From NCBI GenBank assembly GCA_963842085.1, contig CAWJET010000001.1:1920001-1984000 (forward strand): a DNA stretch of 64,000 bases, in the 5' to 3' direction. The notes under the pieces were generated by a model. It worked only from the letters and a program-made list of their open reading frames with translations. It searched no databases and was not told the origin of the DNA. Made by a program: the position numbers and the translations under genes. This DNA comes from an uncultured delta proteobacterium. GTDB lineage: Bacteria > Desulfobacterota > Binatia > Binatales > Binataceae. Positions 33,862 through 44,293 of the stretch are shown in pieces; the stretch's first letter is position 1, and the number at the start of each line of letters is the position of its first letter.

Positions 33862-35343
33862 TCAGCCTTCCGGCGCGAGCATCTTGTCCGGCCGCACCAG
33901 CCGGTCGAACTCCTCCCCCGTGAGCAGCTTCAACGCCATCGCCGACTCGCGCAGCGTGATGCCTTCCGCGTGAGCCTTCTTGGCGACCTTGGCCGCGTTG
34001 TCGTAGCCGATATGCGGGCTCAGCGCCGTCACCAGCATCAGCGAATTTTCGACGTTGCGCTGGAGCTGTTCGCGATTCGGCTCGATCCCTCCGACGCAGT
34101 ACTTGCTGATCGACGCGCACGAATGCGCCAGCAGCATCGTCGAGTGCAGAAAATTGTGGATGATGAGCGGTTTGAAAACATTGAGCTCGAAATTCCCCTG
34201 CGAGCCGGCCGTCGTGATCGCCACGTCGTTGCCGATCACCTGGATGCAGACCATCGTCATCGCCTCGCTCTGCGTCGGATTCACCTTGCCCGGCATGATC
34301 GACGAGCCCGGCTCGTTCTCCGGCAGGATTAATTCTCCGAGACCGGTGCGTGGTCCCGAGCCCATCCAGCGGATGTCGTTGGCGATCTTCATCAGCGAGA
34401 CCGCCAGCGTCTTGAGCGCTCCGGACGCCGCCACCAACGCATCGTGCGCGGCCAGCGCCGCAAACTTGTTCGGCGCCGACTTAAACGGCAGCCCGGTGTA
34501 CTCCGCGATCTTTTTCGCCACGCGCTCCGCGAATTCCGGATGCGTATTGAGCCCGGTGCCGACCGCCGTGCCGCCGATCGCCAGCTCGAGCAGGTCCGGC
34601 AGCGCCGCCTCGAGCCGCTTCAGGTCATAGTCGAGCTGCGCGACGTAGCCCGAAAATTCCTGCCCGAGCGTCAGCGGCACCGCATCCATCAGGTGCGTAC
34701 GCCCGATCTTCACGATGTCGGCAAACTCTTTGGCCTTGCGCGCCAGCGCGTCGCGCAACTTTCGCACCGACGGGATCAGGTCGTGCGTGACTTCCTCGGC
34801 CGCCGCGATATGCATCGCAGTCGGAAACGTGTCGTTCGACGACTGCGACATGTTCACGTCGTCGTTGGGATGTATCGGCTTCTTGCTGCCGAGCACGCCG
34901 CCGGCCATCTCGATCGCGCGATTCGAGATGACTTCGTTGGCGTTCATGTTGGTCTGCGTGCCGCTGCCGGTCTGCCAGATGCGCAGCGGAAAATGATCGT
35001 CGAGTTTTCCCGCGATCACTTCGTCCGCAGCCGCGGTTATCAGCCGGGCCTTGTCGGCGGGCAGCTTGCCGAGCTCGCGATTCACTTCCGCCGCCGCCTT
35101 TTTCAAAATCCCGAACGCGCGCACCACCGAGCGCGGCATCCGATCGAATCCGATCGCAAAATGCAGCAGCGAACGCTCGGTCTGCGCCCCCCAGTAGCGG
35201 TCGTTGGCGACCTCGATCGCCCCCATGCTGTCGGTTTCGACGCGCTTGCCGGTCTGCGCCTTCACGGCCGCGGCCGCCTTTGCGGTCACCGGCCGCTTCG
35301 CGATGCTGGCCTTGAGCATCTTGGATCTCGAATTTGATGCCAT
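33862..35343 (-). CDS. fumC: Class II fumarate hydratase
   Basis: [18 protein letters not shown] and [13 protein letters not shown] motifs. Confidence 0.96.
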   Translation of the reverse strand: MASNSRSKMLKASIAKRPVTAKAAAAVKAQTGKRVETDSMGAIEVANDRYWGAQTERSLLHFAIGFDRMPRSVVRAFGILKKAAAEVNRELGKLPADKARLITAAADEVIAGKLDDHFPLRIWQTGSGTQTNMNANEVISNRAIEMAGGVLGSKKPIHPNDDVNMSQSSNDTFPTAMHIAAAEEVTHDLIPSVRKLRDALARKAKEFADIVKIGRTHLMDAVPLTLGQEFSGYVAQLDYDLKRLEAALPDLLELAIGGTAVGTGLNTHPEFAERVAKKIAEYTGLPFKSAPNKFAALAAHDALVAASGALKTLAVSLMKIANDIRWMGSGPRTGLGELILPENEPGSSIMPGKVNPTQSEAMTMVCIQVIGNDVAITTAGSQGNFELNVFKPLIIHNFLHSTMLLAHSCASISKYCVGGIEPNREQLQRNVENSLMLVTALSPHIGYDNAAKVAKKAHAEGITLRESAMALKLLTGEEFDRLVRPDKMLAPEG

Positions 35344-35561
35344 CTCCTATATTCCTGTCGGATTTCCGACGCTCTCCCACCGCCTATTCTAACCCGGCCG
35401 GCGGCCGATGACAGCGGTTTCCTGCCGCCGCGATTCGCCCCGGGGTGCCCTTTTCAGAGGCGCTGTGCCGATATAGGTTATGGCGCGTACTCTCGACAAT
35501 AGCGACCAAAGGTTTCGGTCGAGATATTATAAGGACTGGATTTCAAGCGAGGCTGCCAACC

Positions 35562-35921
35562 ATGCCCTGGACGATTACCCGTCTTTGCCGCGATTGCGTT
35601 GACACCGGATGCGTCAGCGTATGCCCCGTCGATTGCATCTACGAATACATCGGCGCCGACAAGGAAAAATTTCCCAACCAGCTCTACATCGATCCCGACG
35701 AATGCATCGATTGCGGCGCCTGCGAGCCCGAATGTCCCTGGCAGGCGATTTTCGAGGAGCCGGCCGTTCCCGACGTCCTCAAGGACGACATAGCGCTCAA
35801 CCACGCGATCCTCGAAATCAAAGATCAGTTCAAGGTGATGCCGTTCAAGAAGGTCGAGCACCCGACCCCCGAGCAAGTGGCCGAGAACAAGAAAAAATGG
35901 GGCGTCGATCCGAATAGTTAG
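35562..35921 (+). CDS. Ferredoxin (7Fe/8Fe FdxA-like)
   Basis: [17 protein letters not shown] and [12 protein letters not shown] motifs. Confidence 0.9.
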   Translation: MPWTITRLCRDCVDTGCVSVCPVDCIYEYIGADKEKFPNQLYIDPDECIDCGACEPECPWQAIFEEPAVPDVLKDDIALNHAILEIKDQFKVMPFKKVEHPTPEQVAENKKKWGVDPNS

Positions 35922-35958
35922 CAGCACAAACGCGCCAAACGCTGGCGCCACACATCGG

Positions 35959-36495
35959 TCACGCCGCTTCCTCAATCGCCGCCAGCAACGACCGCAGATC
36001 GAACGGCCCGTCGTGACGCACCCCATTTACAAAAAACGTCGGCGTGCCGTTCACCCCGCTCCTGACCCCGCTGCTAAAATCCTCGCGCACGCGCTCAGCC
36101 TGCGCATGCCCGGTCATCTCCTTGACGAACCGCGGCACGTCGAGATGTAGAGCGCGCGCATACCGCGCCAGGTCTTCATCCTCGAGCGCGTCCTGATTCT
36201 CGTAAAGCAGATCGTGCATCTCCCAGAATTTGCCCTGCGCGCCGGCCCCCTCCGCGGCTTCCGCTGCATGCTCGGCGTGAGGATGCGCCTCGCCTAGCGG
36301 GAAATTCCGAAAAACGAAGCGCAACTGATCTCCCAGCCGCTCCTGAAGAGCCTTCACGATCGGATACGCCTCGCCGCAATAAGGGCACTCGTAGTCCCCA
36401 TACTCGACCAGCGTAACCGGCGCCTTCGCTGGCCCCTGCACGTGATCGTTCGCGCCGACCGGCGGCTTGAGTTTGGCGGTCGCGGTTGGGGTCAT
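35959..36495 (-). CDS. DsbA-family thioredoxin-fold protein
   Basis: VEYGDYECPYC, FRNFPL and GVNGTPTFF; GGAGG RBS. Confidence 0.88.
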   Translation of the reverse strand: MTPTATAKLKPPVGANDHVQGPAKAPVTLVEYGDYECPYCGEAYPIVKALQERLGDQLRFVFRNFPLGEAHPHAEHAAEAAEGAGAQGKFWEMHDLLYENQDALEDEDLARYARALHLDVPRFVKEMTGHAQAERVREDFSSGVRSGVNGTPTFFVNGVRHDGPFDLRSLLAAIEEAA

Positions 36496-36505
36496 CGCGT
36501 CCTCC

Positions 36506-36994
36506 CTACTTTTTCGACGCGAGCGCTTCGAGTGCCTCCAGTATCCCATCGGCGCCGGGGTTGACGCCGACCGGAGACAGGTAGCTCCAGCTAATCGTTC
36601 CTTTAGGATCGATCACGAACAGCGCCCGCTCGCTGACGCCCTCGCGCTCCCGGTACGCGCCGTACAAGCGCGCGACTGCGCCCTTTGGCTCGAAATCCGA
36701 CAGCAGCGGAAAGTGCAGCTTGCGGTCGCGGGCGAAGGCGGCATGGCACCACGATCCATCTACCGAAATACCGACGATGGCCGCCTTGAGCCTGTGAAAC
36801 TCGGGGAGCACTTCATTATAGAGCGCCATCTGATCGCCGCACACCGGACTCCAGTCGGCCGGGTAAAATGCCACGATCAACGGGGCGCCGCGGAAGTCGC
36901 TCAATGAGACGAGTTGGTCGGGCGTGCTATGCAGCGCAAAGTCCGGCGCCGGAGTGCCGGCCGCGAGGATCTTGTTCGCGTTTTCCGTGGCCAT
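36506..36994 (-). CDS. Peroxiredoxin/redoxin (AhpE-like)
   Basis: FYPADWSPVC, ISVDG, LLSDF and ERALFVID motifs. Confidence 0.87.
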   Translation of the reverse strand: MATENANKILAAGTPAPDFALHSTPDQLVSLSDFRGAPLIVAFYPADWSPVCGDQMALYNEVLPEFHRLKAAIVGISVDGSWCHAAFARDRKLHFPLLSDFEPKGAVARLYGAYREREGVSERALFVIDPKGTISWSYLSPVGVNPGADGILEALEALASKK

Positions 36995-37112
36995 TCGGGA
37001 GAAACCTCCTTGATTTTATGCAGGTCAGAAACCTGGGTCGCGGACTTTCGATGCTGCTCCTTCCGCTCCGTTGTGACAAACAGATCCGGATTCACAGATA
37101 AAAAGTTGGGAT

Positions 37113-38636
37113 TCAGTTCCTTGCCGATGCGTACGACTTGCCGCGCTTCAGGAGTACAAGGTGGCGGTTGCCGTGGTCGGAGGTTAGGACCGGTTCGAAA
37201 TCGAGCGCGGTGCGCTGATCCGTTTTCCAGACGTGCGCGGGCACGATGACGAATCCCGGCGGCGCATCACCGAGGCGGCCCTGTAGCACTGGCGCGTCGC
37301 GATCGAGATAGAACAGCAGCGGCGCAACCTCTTCCTTGAATCCGTAAAGGTAGAGTGGGTCGGTGGGCGCGACGACGCGGGCGATTTCCTCGGCGGCGGG
37401 CCGAAACGAGTCGTCGCGGCACGTCCGCACTTCCATCCGCGGGATGTAGATGAAGTTAAAAACTACCAGCCCCGCGCATACTGCCGCGAATGACCAGGCC
37501 GCGGCGCGGCGCCATGCGAGCGGCGGGACGGTGACGATCCACCACGCCAGCATCACGGCGGCTGCCGGCCATACCGGGAGCAAGTAGGAGCGCCGCTTGT
37601 AGGCGGCGATGCTGAAGAAGACCACGGTGGCGAAGTAGAAGATCGCAAAGAGACGGACGGCAGAGCGCGCGCGAGCTGAGTCCGAGGATGCCGGGGAGCG
37701 AGCGGCGTCAGGTGCGTCGTGGCGACGAGTGAGTAATGGACTGAGTAATGCATAAACGGCGGCGACGGGAACAAGCAGGCTCAGCGGGGCCGAGTTTAGC
37801 AAGACCGGTTTCAGGTAGTACCACGGCGCCATCGCGCCGAGCGAGCCGAAGAAGCGGCCGACGTTTTCGGTGTCGAGCTGACGATTGAGGAAGGCGAAGC
37901 GCCCGCCGAAGTAACAGGCGAGATACCAGCTCGAAGCAATCGCGGCGCCGAGAATAATCGCGCCCGGATCGAGCATCGTCAGGATTTGGCGTCCGCGATG
38001 CTCGACGATCATGAAGATGAGGATCGAAGCGCCGGGAAGAATCATGCCGACAGGACCCTTGGCAAGCACCCCGAGACCGAGCGCCGCCGCCATCAGGTAG
38101 AGCGCGGGCAGCTTGGATTCGAAGCGCGCCACGGGGCCGGACGAAGCCGGGTCGCGCGGCATCCACCACAGAAAAGCGAACAGCGAGAGCGACTCGAAGA
38201 AGCACAGCGTCATGTCGACGCGGCCGAAGCGGCCCTGGCTGATGTACTGGTAGGACGCGGCGAGGGCGAGTCCGGCCAGCGCGGCGGCCTCAGGGCCGAG
38301 AAACTCGAACGCGAACATCATCGTCAGGATACCGCCGGCAATCGCGTAGAATGCGGACGGCAGGCGGAGATTGGCGGCCGTCACTTTGCGGATGCCGGCA
38401 AGGCGATCGATCGCGGCCGCAGTCCAGTGGAACAGCGGCGGCTTGTACATCGGCACGTTGCCGTTCTCGACCGGGAACATCAGATGGCCGTGCTCGACCA
38501 TCTGCTGCACGAACACGCCCTCGACCGCCTCGTTGCCGGTGCATACGTCGCCGGCGCCGAGCCGATGAAGGGTCAGTACCGCGATGAGTAGGGCGAGCGC
38601 GGCGATGGCAACGGCCGGTGGAATTTTAGCGGGCAT
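37113..38636 (-). CDS. Second ArnT/PMT-family membrane glycosyltransferase
   Basis: YKPPLFHW, RLPSA, RVDM, LAKGPVG and KRRSYLLP motifs. Confidence 0.82.
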   Translation of the reverse strand: MPAKIPPAVAIAALALLIAVLTLHRLGAGDVCTGNEAVEGVFVQQMVEHGHLMFPVENGNVPMYKPPLFHWTAAAIDRLAGIRKVTAANLRLPSAFYAIAGGILTMMFAFEFLGPEAAALAGLALAASYQYISQGRFGRVDMTLCFFESLSLFAFLWWMPRDPASSGPVARFESKLPALYLMAAALGLGVLAKGPVGMILPGASILIFMIVEHRGRQILTMLDPGAIILGAAIASSWYLACYFGGRFAFLNRQLDTENVGRFFGSLGAMAPWYYLKPVLLNSAPLSLLVPVAAVYALLSPLLTRRHDAPDAARSPASSDSARARSAVRLFAIFYFATVVFFSIAAYKRRSYLLPVWPAAAVMLAWWIVTVPPLAWRRAAAWSFAAVCAGLVVFNFIYIPRMEVRTCRDDSFRPAAEEIARVVAPTDPLYLYGFKEEVAPLLFYLDRDAPVLQGRLGDAPPGFVIVPAHVWKTDQRTALDFEPVLTSDHGNRHLVLLKRGKSYASARN

Positions 38637-38710
38637 CCAAAACTCAGTTTTCGCTCGCGCAATACTCAGTCATTGGACAAAACCCGGTCGTGGCCGCGAA
38701 TAGTCAGTAG

Positions 38711-39892
38711 TCAGTCGAGGTTCGCGCGGAATATACTAAGGCTCTTGATGCGCGAGGAATCGTAGCCGCGCCATTTGGCCGCGGGCACCTCGCGCGGGCC
38801 GGCGCGCTTGAAGCCGAGGCGCGAGAAGAAACCGCCGACCCGCTCCTCACTGGTGCAGGCAAAAACGTACTTGAGGCGGCGCGCGCGCGCTTCCTTGAGG
38901 ATCTCGCGGACCAGCACGGCGGCGACGCCTTCGCCCTGGAAGCGCGTCAAGGTGTACATCGCCGTGATCTCGCCGGCGCGGTCGCGGCGGTAGGGCTCGG
39001 TCAGCAGCGAGCAGATGCCGGCCAGGTGTTCGTCGCCGATCCGGTAGCCAAAGCACGACGGCAGGATTTGCGCGATCTGCTCGGGGCTGCGGTGTAGCAG
39101 GAAGCCTTCGTTCTGGCCGCGGACGATGAGCGCTTCGACTTCCTCGAAGTCGTCGATCGAGACCGGGCGCACGAAGCCGTACTGCATCTCGGTGAACAGC
39201 GTTCCGGCGCCGATGAAACTGAAAAGTTCCTCGTACACGTCGCCCGGCGCGACCAGGTTGACGGAGCCCACGCCGTCTTCGAGCGCGTCGCGGGCGGCGC
39301 GCACGATCGCTTTGCGAGCGGGCGAGCGGACGTATCGCATCGTGCGGCCGATGCGACGCTCCTCGACGAACGAAAGCCGATTGCCGTCCTTGTCGATCAA
39401 GCCGCCGCGCCGATCCAGCATCAGCAGCTTGAACACGCGCAACCGGCTGGCGAGCTCGCGGGCGAAGACGATGAGATCGTCGGCGTCGTCGCGGCTCATC
39501 GAGGCGACGACGATCGAGCCGGCACGCAGCCGCGCCCATATTTCGGCGACGGCGGAATCCGGCGGATACGGGCGCGAACGGAGTCCGTCGGACGGGTTGA
39601 AGACCGGCGGCGGTTCCTTGGGCGCCAGGCGGCCGAGCCGGCGCATCAGCTTTGGCAGCGCGCTCGGCGAAACGATGACGACGCATCGGGTTTGATTGCG
39701 GCGCAATTCGCGAAGCGTCAGCAGCAGAGAATCTAGGTCGGAAATGCGCTGTCCCGCGGGAGGAATCAGCGCGAACAGCAGGCTCTTGCCGTAGAATTCC
39801 TCGAGATAGAAAGTCTTCTCGGTGAAGACCGGTGCGATCCGGCGCGCTTTGCCGGTGATGTCGCCGAACGCGATCGCTGCAAAATCGCTCAC
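38711..39892 (-). CDS. ArgA-like N-acetyltransferase (divergent amino-acid-kinase-like domain plus GNAT)
   Basis: EELFSFIGAGTLF linker followed by GNAT (RFQGEGVA), as in classical N-acetylglutamate synthase. Confidence 0.65.
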   Translation of the reverse strand: MSDFAAIAFGDITGKARRIAPVFTEKTFYLEEFYGKSLLFALIPPAGQRISDLDSLLLTLRELRRNQTRCVVIVSPSALPKLMRRLGRLAPKEPPPVFNPSDGLRSRPYPPDSAVAEIWARLRAGSIVVASMSRDDADDLIVFARELASRLRVFKLLMLDRRGGLIDKDGNRLSFVEERRIGRTMRYVRSPARKAIVRAARDALEDGVGSVNLVAPGDVYEELFSFIGAGTLFTEMQYGFVRPVSIDDFEEVEALIVRGQNEGFLLHRSPEQIAQILPSCFGYRIGDEHLAGICSLLTEPYRRDRAGEITAMYTLTRFQGEGVAAVLVREILKEARARRLKYVFACTSEERVGGFFSRLGFKRAGPREVPAAKWRGYDSSRIKSLSIFRANLD

Positions 39893-39948
39893 GGCGCGTC
39901 GTCCGGAGCAAAGCGGAAGCGTGATCGCGCGGGACGCGCCGAATCGGG

Positions 39949-39982
39949 ACCCTCACCTGACCTCTCCCTCGCAGGGAGAGGG
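39949..39982. repeat. REP-like family C (CCCTCACC...CCTCTCCC-N-GGGAGAGG)
   Basis: Similar copy at 50911-50945; weaker copies near 29618, 33749 and 57952. Confidence 0.7.
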
Positions 39983-40025
39983 ATAGGAGTGGCGGGAATT
40001 CGCGAAGTCGCAGTCGGGAGGTTGT

Positions 40026-40514
40026 TCAATTCTGCTGCGCGGGTTGAGACTTGGCCGGCGACATCTCGCGCGACGCTGCGTCGGGAGCACAGACGGGCGG
40101 CGTGGGACGCGACGCGGCTATTTCGGCCAGCGAGGTGTCGGAGAAAACTTCGAGTAACACGCGCTGGCCCTTCTCCCACACCCGGTACATGCGACAGGTC
40201 GGCTGCAGAGCGCATGAGCTGCTGCCGTCGGTGCATACGTTGAGCGTGATCGGACCTTCGACCGCCTCGATAATATCGCGAAAGGTGACGGTGTCGGCTT
40301 TGCGCGCGAGCTGGTAGCCGCCGCCGGGACCGCGGCGCGCGTGGACGAGGCCGCGGCGCATCAGATCGCGAATGACTTTTTCGAGATAGTACTTGGGGAT
40401 GTGCTCGCGACTGGCTATCTCGCTGCCGCGCGCGACGCCCGACGGATGATCGGCCAGATAGATCATCGCGCGCAGCGCGTACTCGATCTTGCGCGGGATC
40501 TGCATCAGGCTCAT
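40026..40514 (-). CDS. Rrf2-family (IscR/CymR-like) transcriptional regulator with three Cys
   Basis: EYALRAM, RGPGGGYQLAR and IEAVEG...C-x6-C-x5-C. Confidence 0.88.
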   Translation of the reverse strand: MSLMQIPRKIEYALRAMIYLADHPSGVARGSEIASREHIPKYYLEKVIRDLMRRGLVHARRGPGGGYQLARKADTVTFRDIIEAVEGPITLNVCTDGSSSCALQPTCRMYRVWEKGQRVLLEVFSDTSLAEIAASRPTPPVCAPDAASREMSPAKSQPAQQN

Positions 40515-40543
40515 GCGTTTTTCACTCTTTCGCTTTTCAACTT

Positions 40544-41155
40544 TCACGACGCGAGCGCCGGCGTCGCGCGTAGCGTGAGAATCTTCTCGACATACTTGAC
40601 CAGCATGTCGTTCTCGATGTTGACGGTGTCGCCCGGCCGCTTGAAACCCAGCGTCGTCGACCGCAGCGTGTGCGGAATCACTTCGACCGAAAAGTTGCAG
40701 TCCTTGATCGAGAAGATGGTCAGGCTGATCCCGTCGATGGCGACCGAGCCCTTCTCGACCAGGTAGCGCGCCTGCGCGGGCGCGACCTCGAAGCTGAAGA
40801 GTTTCGAGTCGCCTTCGGGCTTGATCGACGCGACGCGGCCGATGCCGTCAACGTGGCCGGAGACCAGGTGGCCGCCGAGCAGCTTGCCCAGCGTGAGGCA
40901 GCGCTCGAGGTTGACGCGGCTGCCGGGCTTCAATTCGCCAAGTCCGGTGCATCGGATGGTCTCGGCGGAGACGTCCATCGCGAAGCGGCCGGGGCTTTTG
41001 GAAATCACGGTCAGGCACGCGCCGTTGACGGTGATCGAGTCGCCGATGTTGATTTCGGAAATCGGAAGCGAGGTGTGCACCGAAATTACCGCGCCCTGGT
41101 CGGTCGGCTTGAGGCTTTCGACGGTGCCGAGGTCTTCGATAATACCGGTGAACAT
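40544..41155 (-). CDS. ribE: Riboflavin synthase alpha chain
   Basis: MFTGII, GACLTV, VNLER, GGHLVSGHVD and GISLT motifs. Confidence 0.95.
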   Translation of the reverse strand: MFTGIIEDLGTVESLKPTDQGAVISVHTSLPISEINIGDSITVNGACLTVISKSPGRFAMDVSAETIRCTGLGELKPGSRVNLERCLTLGKLLGGHLVSGHVDGIGRVASIKPEGDSKLFSFEVAPAQARYLVEKGSVAIDGISLTIFSIKDCNFSVEVIPHTLRSTTLGFKRPGDTVNIENDMLVKYVEKILTLRATPALAS

Positions 41156-41352
41156 CGCTTTTCCTGTCGAGCGTTGATGTAGGCGGGGAGAAATCTCCAG
41201 AAAAATCATATCTTTTTGAGAGATGCCCGCGCAACAATCGCGTTGAAAGGAAGTCGAAAATATCCGGGATTTTTCGCTGCAAACAGCTTGTGCAGGCGGT
41301 CGTCATGCACCGCTGGAGAGTCTCCGCAAAATAGCGTAAGAGAGTAGGCGCT

Positions 41353-42522
41353 ATGTCTCTAAGAGCTAAATGCGCTATCGCCGGGCTCGGCCAGACCCGG
41401 ATGGGCAAAAACTTCGATCATCCCGGCCCGATCGGCTTCGCCGCCGAGGCCGTCAACCTCGCGCTGGCGGACGCGGGCCTGCAGCGGTCCGACCTCGACG
41501 GCCTGCTCGTCAACCCCGGGATCACATGGTTCAACAATCCGATGGCGTCCACGTCGCTCCAGAATGCGCTGGGTCTCCGTGACCTGCGGCTGACCGCGAC
41601 GATGAACCTCGGCGGCGCGACCGCCGCCGCGATGGTCATGCACGCCGCACAGGCGATCGACGCCGGTATGGCCGAAGTCGTCGCGTGCGTATTCGCCGAC
41701 GCTCCCCTGCGTCCGCCTTCGCCCAACAAGCGCGACGGCGGCGGCTCGGCCGCATCCTACGGCTTCGCCCAGGGCCTCAACGCGCATTACGGCCTGTTCG
41801 GCGTCAACGCCCAGTATGCGTTCGTTGCTCAGCGCCATATGTACAAATACGGGACCACCAACGATCATCTCGGCGCCGTCGCCGTGTCCGAGCGCGATTG
41901 GGCCAACCTGAATCCTGCCGCCCAGTTTTACGACACCCCGATGACGCTCGCCGACTACCACGCCTCGCGCTGGGTGGTTGAGCCGTTTCATCTCTACGAT
42001 TGCTGCCTGGTTTCCAACGGCGGCCTGGCGGTTATCGTGACCTCCGCCGAGCGCGCGAAGACCCTTAAGCGCCCGCCGGTGTACATCCTGGGGATGGGGC
42101 AGGGTCATCCCGGTGGCGACCCGCTCGAGACTCTCGTCTCCGGCGCGCCAATCGCCAAGGTGACCGCCTTCAAGATGGCGGGAATCAAGCTTGGCGACGT
42201 CAATTTTTGCGAACTCTACGACTGCTACACTTTCACGGTGCTGGTCACGCTCGAGGACTACGGCTTTTGCAAAAAGGGCGAGGGCGGGCCGTTCGTCGCC
42301 AGCGGTGCAATCGCCCCCGGCGGCACGCTCCCCGTCAACACCGGCGGCGGCCAGCTAAGCTCCTTCTATATGTGGGGGATGACCCCGGTCGCAGAGGCAA
42401 TCGCTCAGATGCGCGGTGAGGCCGGCAAGCGCCAGGTGCCAAAACACGACATTGGACTCGTTTCCGGCAATGGCGGTATCCTCGCTACGCATTCGACTCT
42501 GGTTTTGGGATCACAGCCGTAG
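41353..42522 (+). CDS. SCP-x-type thiolase-family protein (Ltp2-like)
   Basis: NPAAQF, DCCLVSNGG, ELYDCYT and NTGGGQLS motifs; no canonical nucleophilic Cys (GGAT). Confidence 0.82.
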   Translation: MSLRAKCAIAGLGQTRMGKNFDHPGPIGFAAEAVNLALADAGLQRSDLDGLLVNPGITWFNNPMASTSLQNALGLRDLRLTATMNLGGATAAAMVMHAAQAIDAGMAEVVACVFADAPLRPPSPNKRDGGGSAASYGFAQGLNAHYGLFGVNAQYAFVAQRHMYKYGTTNDHLGAVAVSERDWANLNPAAQFYDTPMTLADYHASRWVVEPFHLYDCCLVSNGGLAVIVTSAERAKTLKRPPVYILGMGQGHPGGDPLETLVSGAPIAKVTAFKMAGIKLGDVNFCELYDCYTFTVLVTLEDYGFCKKGEGGPFVASGAIAPGGTLPVNTGGGQLSSFYMWGMTPVAEAIAQMRGEAGKRQVPKHDIGLVSGNGGILATHSTLVLGSQP

Positions 42523-42624
42523 TATTAGCCGCGACCCGCGCTGTCACTGCCTTTGGCATGACGTAGCGTGTTTCAATCGTTTCAAACGCCCAATCGTCTA
42601 AGTTAATATATAAGCAAAACCACG

Positions 42625-43041
42625 ATGCCCGAAATCAGCAAACCTATCCCCGCCATCACCCCCGAGATGCGCGAGTTCTTCGACGGCGCGCGCGCCGGTC
42701 GCCTGATGGTGCAAAAGTGCGACGGCTGCGGGACCCTGCGCTTCCCCGCCCACGACATCTGCTCCAGGTGCAATTCGACCGCCTCGCGATGGGTCCCGGT
42801 GAGCGGCCGGGGCGAAGTCTTCAGCTTCAATATCATGCATCAGGTCTATCACCCGGGCTTCGCCGGCGAGGTTCCTTACGCGGTGGTCGTGGTCGAGCTC
42901 GAGGAGGGGTGCAAATTCATCTCGAACCTGCTGGGCGTCAAGCCGCACGACATCCGGTGCGGGATGCCGGTGGAGGTCACTTTCGAAAAACTCAGCGATG
43001 AAGTGTCGATGCCGAAATTCCGGCTCCGCGCCGCGAAATAA
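42625..43041 (+). CDS. DUF35 Zn-ribbon/OB-fold protein
   Basis: QKCDGCG...CSRC and PYAVVVVELEEG; next to a thiolase-family gene. Confidence 0.88.
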   Translation: MPEISKPIPAITPEMREFFDGARAGRLMVQKCDGCGTLRFPAHDICSRCNSTASRWVPVSGRGEVFSFNIMHQVYHPGFAGEVPYAVVVVELEEGCKFISNLLGVKPHDIRCGMPVEVTFEKLSDEVSMPKFRLRAAK

Positions 43042-43076
43042 TCCGGCCCGACTGAATTCATCAAGGAATCAATAAA

Positions 43077-44255
43077 TTGCAGCTCGATCAAAAATATTTC
43101 CAGCGCCTCATCGAGAGCTCGCCGGACATCATAATCGCCGTCGATAAGGACGGCACCGTGAACTATTACAACGAAGGCGCCCGTACCGGCCTGGGCTACA
43201 ACCCCGACGAGATCATCGGCCAGAAATGTACGCGCATCTATCCGTCGATCGAAGAGGCGCGCCGTGTGATGAAGGCGATGCGCGAGTCGAAGGACGGCGG
43301 CCGAATCGCCAGCTTCGAGACCGAGTTCCGCAACAAGGACGGCGAGCTTATCCCGGTGATGATCTCCGGCGCGCTCATCCACGATGACGAGGGCAACGAA
43401 GACGGCTCGATCGGCTTCGCGCGCGACATTCGCCGCCTGCGCCATGCCCAGCAGCTCGCGACCGCCGGCGAAATCGCCGTCAGTCTCGCGCACGAGATCA
43501 ATAATCCGCTCGAATCGATCACCAACAATCTCGAACTGCTCTCGCAATGCCTCGATGCGCGCCTCACCGAGTCCGAAAAAGTCGTCGAGAACGAACGCCT
43601 CGACTCGATTCGAAATTCCATCGAGCGCGTGCAGGCTATCGTGCGTCGCCTCGACGAGATGATCCGCAAGGGCGTGTACGAGACGCGCGACTACCTGGCA
43701 GGCAAGCGGATGGCCGATCTGGCGCCGCGCGAAGATGCGAAAGTGCAAACGCGCTCGCATGACGCGCCCCATACCGAGCAATCGCCGCTGGAAGGGATGT
43801 CGGTGCTGGTGCTCGACGACGATACCGCCGTCGTCAATTCGATGGCCGACCTGCTGCGCGCCGAAAAATGTATCGTGCACTGCGCCACGCGTCCGTCGGC
43901 CGCCTTCGGAATCATCCGCAACGTCAAGCTCGACGCGGTTATCTCCGACGTCGTGATGCCCGAGATGGACGGTTACGATTTCTATCTCAAGGTCAAGGAG
44001 GAGATGCCGAGCCTGCCGGTGATCCTCATAACGGCCTACTACTACGACAAGGATCACATCCTGAAGCGCTCGCGCCTGCGCGGTCTGGAGGGCGCCCTGT
44101 TCAAGAAGCCGGTGAATCCCGGCAAGCTGCGCGCGATGCTCCTGCAGTTGCGCCAGAAGGCCGCCCAGGAAAAAGCCGAAGCCAAGGCCGCCGCGCTGGC
44201 CGCCAAAGCCGCCGCCGCCGGCGACGCAGCCGTCAAGCCAATCCCCAGTTCCTGA
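43077..44255 (+). CDS. PAS-DHp(HisKA)-receiver signalling protein without HATPase domain
   Basis: PAS (IESSPD...NEGA...LGY), AHEINNPL H-box, receiver motifs LDDD, ISDVVMPEMDG and KP; TTG start. Confidence 0.8.
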   Translation: MQLDQKYFQRLIESSPDIIIAVDKDGTVNYYNEGARTGLGYNPDEIIGQKCTRIYPSIEEARRVMKAMRESKDGGRIASFETEFRNKDGELIPVMISGALIHDDEGNEDGSIGFARDIRRLRHAQQLATAGEIAVSLAHEINNPLESITNNLELLSQCLDARLTESEKVVENERLDSIRNSIERVQAIVRRLDEMIRKGVYETRDYLAGKRMADLAPREDAKVQTRSHDAPHTEQSPLEGMSVLVLDDDTAVVNSMADLLRAEKCIVHCATRPSAAFGIIRNVKLDAVISDVVMPEMDGYDFYLKVKEEMPSLPVILITAYYYDKDHILKRSRLRGLEGALFKKPVNPGKLRAMLLQLRQKAAQEKAEAKAAALAAKAAAAGDAAVKPIPSS

Positions 44256-44293
44256 TCCTCGCCTCCTTCTTGACCGCCGCTACCTATCAGCCC

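Noticed and set aside
35562-36994. Selenocysteine or stop-codon readthrough in the ferredoxin, DsbA and peroxiredoxin genes
   Set aside because: All catalytic positions are ordinary Cys codons and there is no in-frame TGA.
41156-41352. Possible FMN riboswitch upstream of riboflavin synthase
   Set aside because: No RFN core motif (AGGGCGGGGTGAAATTCCC-like) is visible on the minus strand.
42552-42568. Sigma-54-like TGGCA motif before the DUF35 gene
   Set aside because: The GG-to-GC spacing is 9 nt instead of the required 10.
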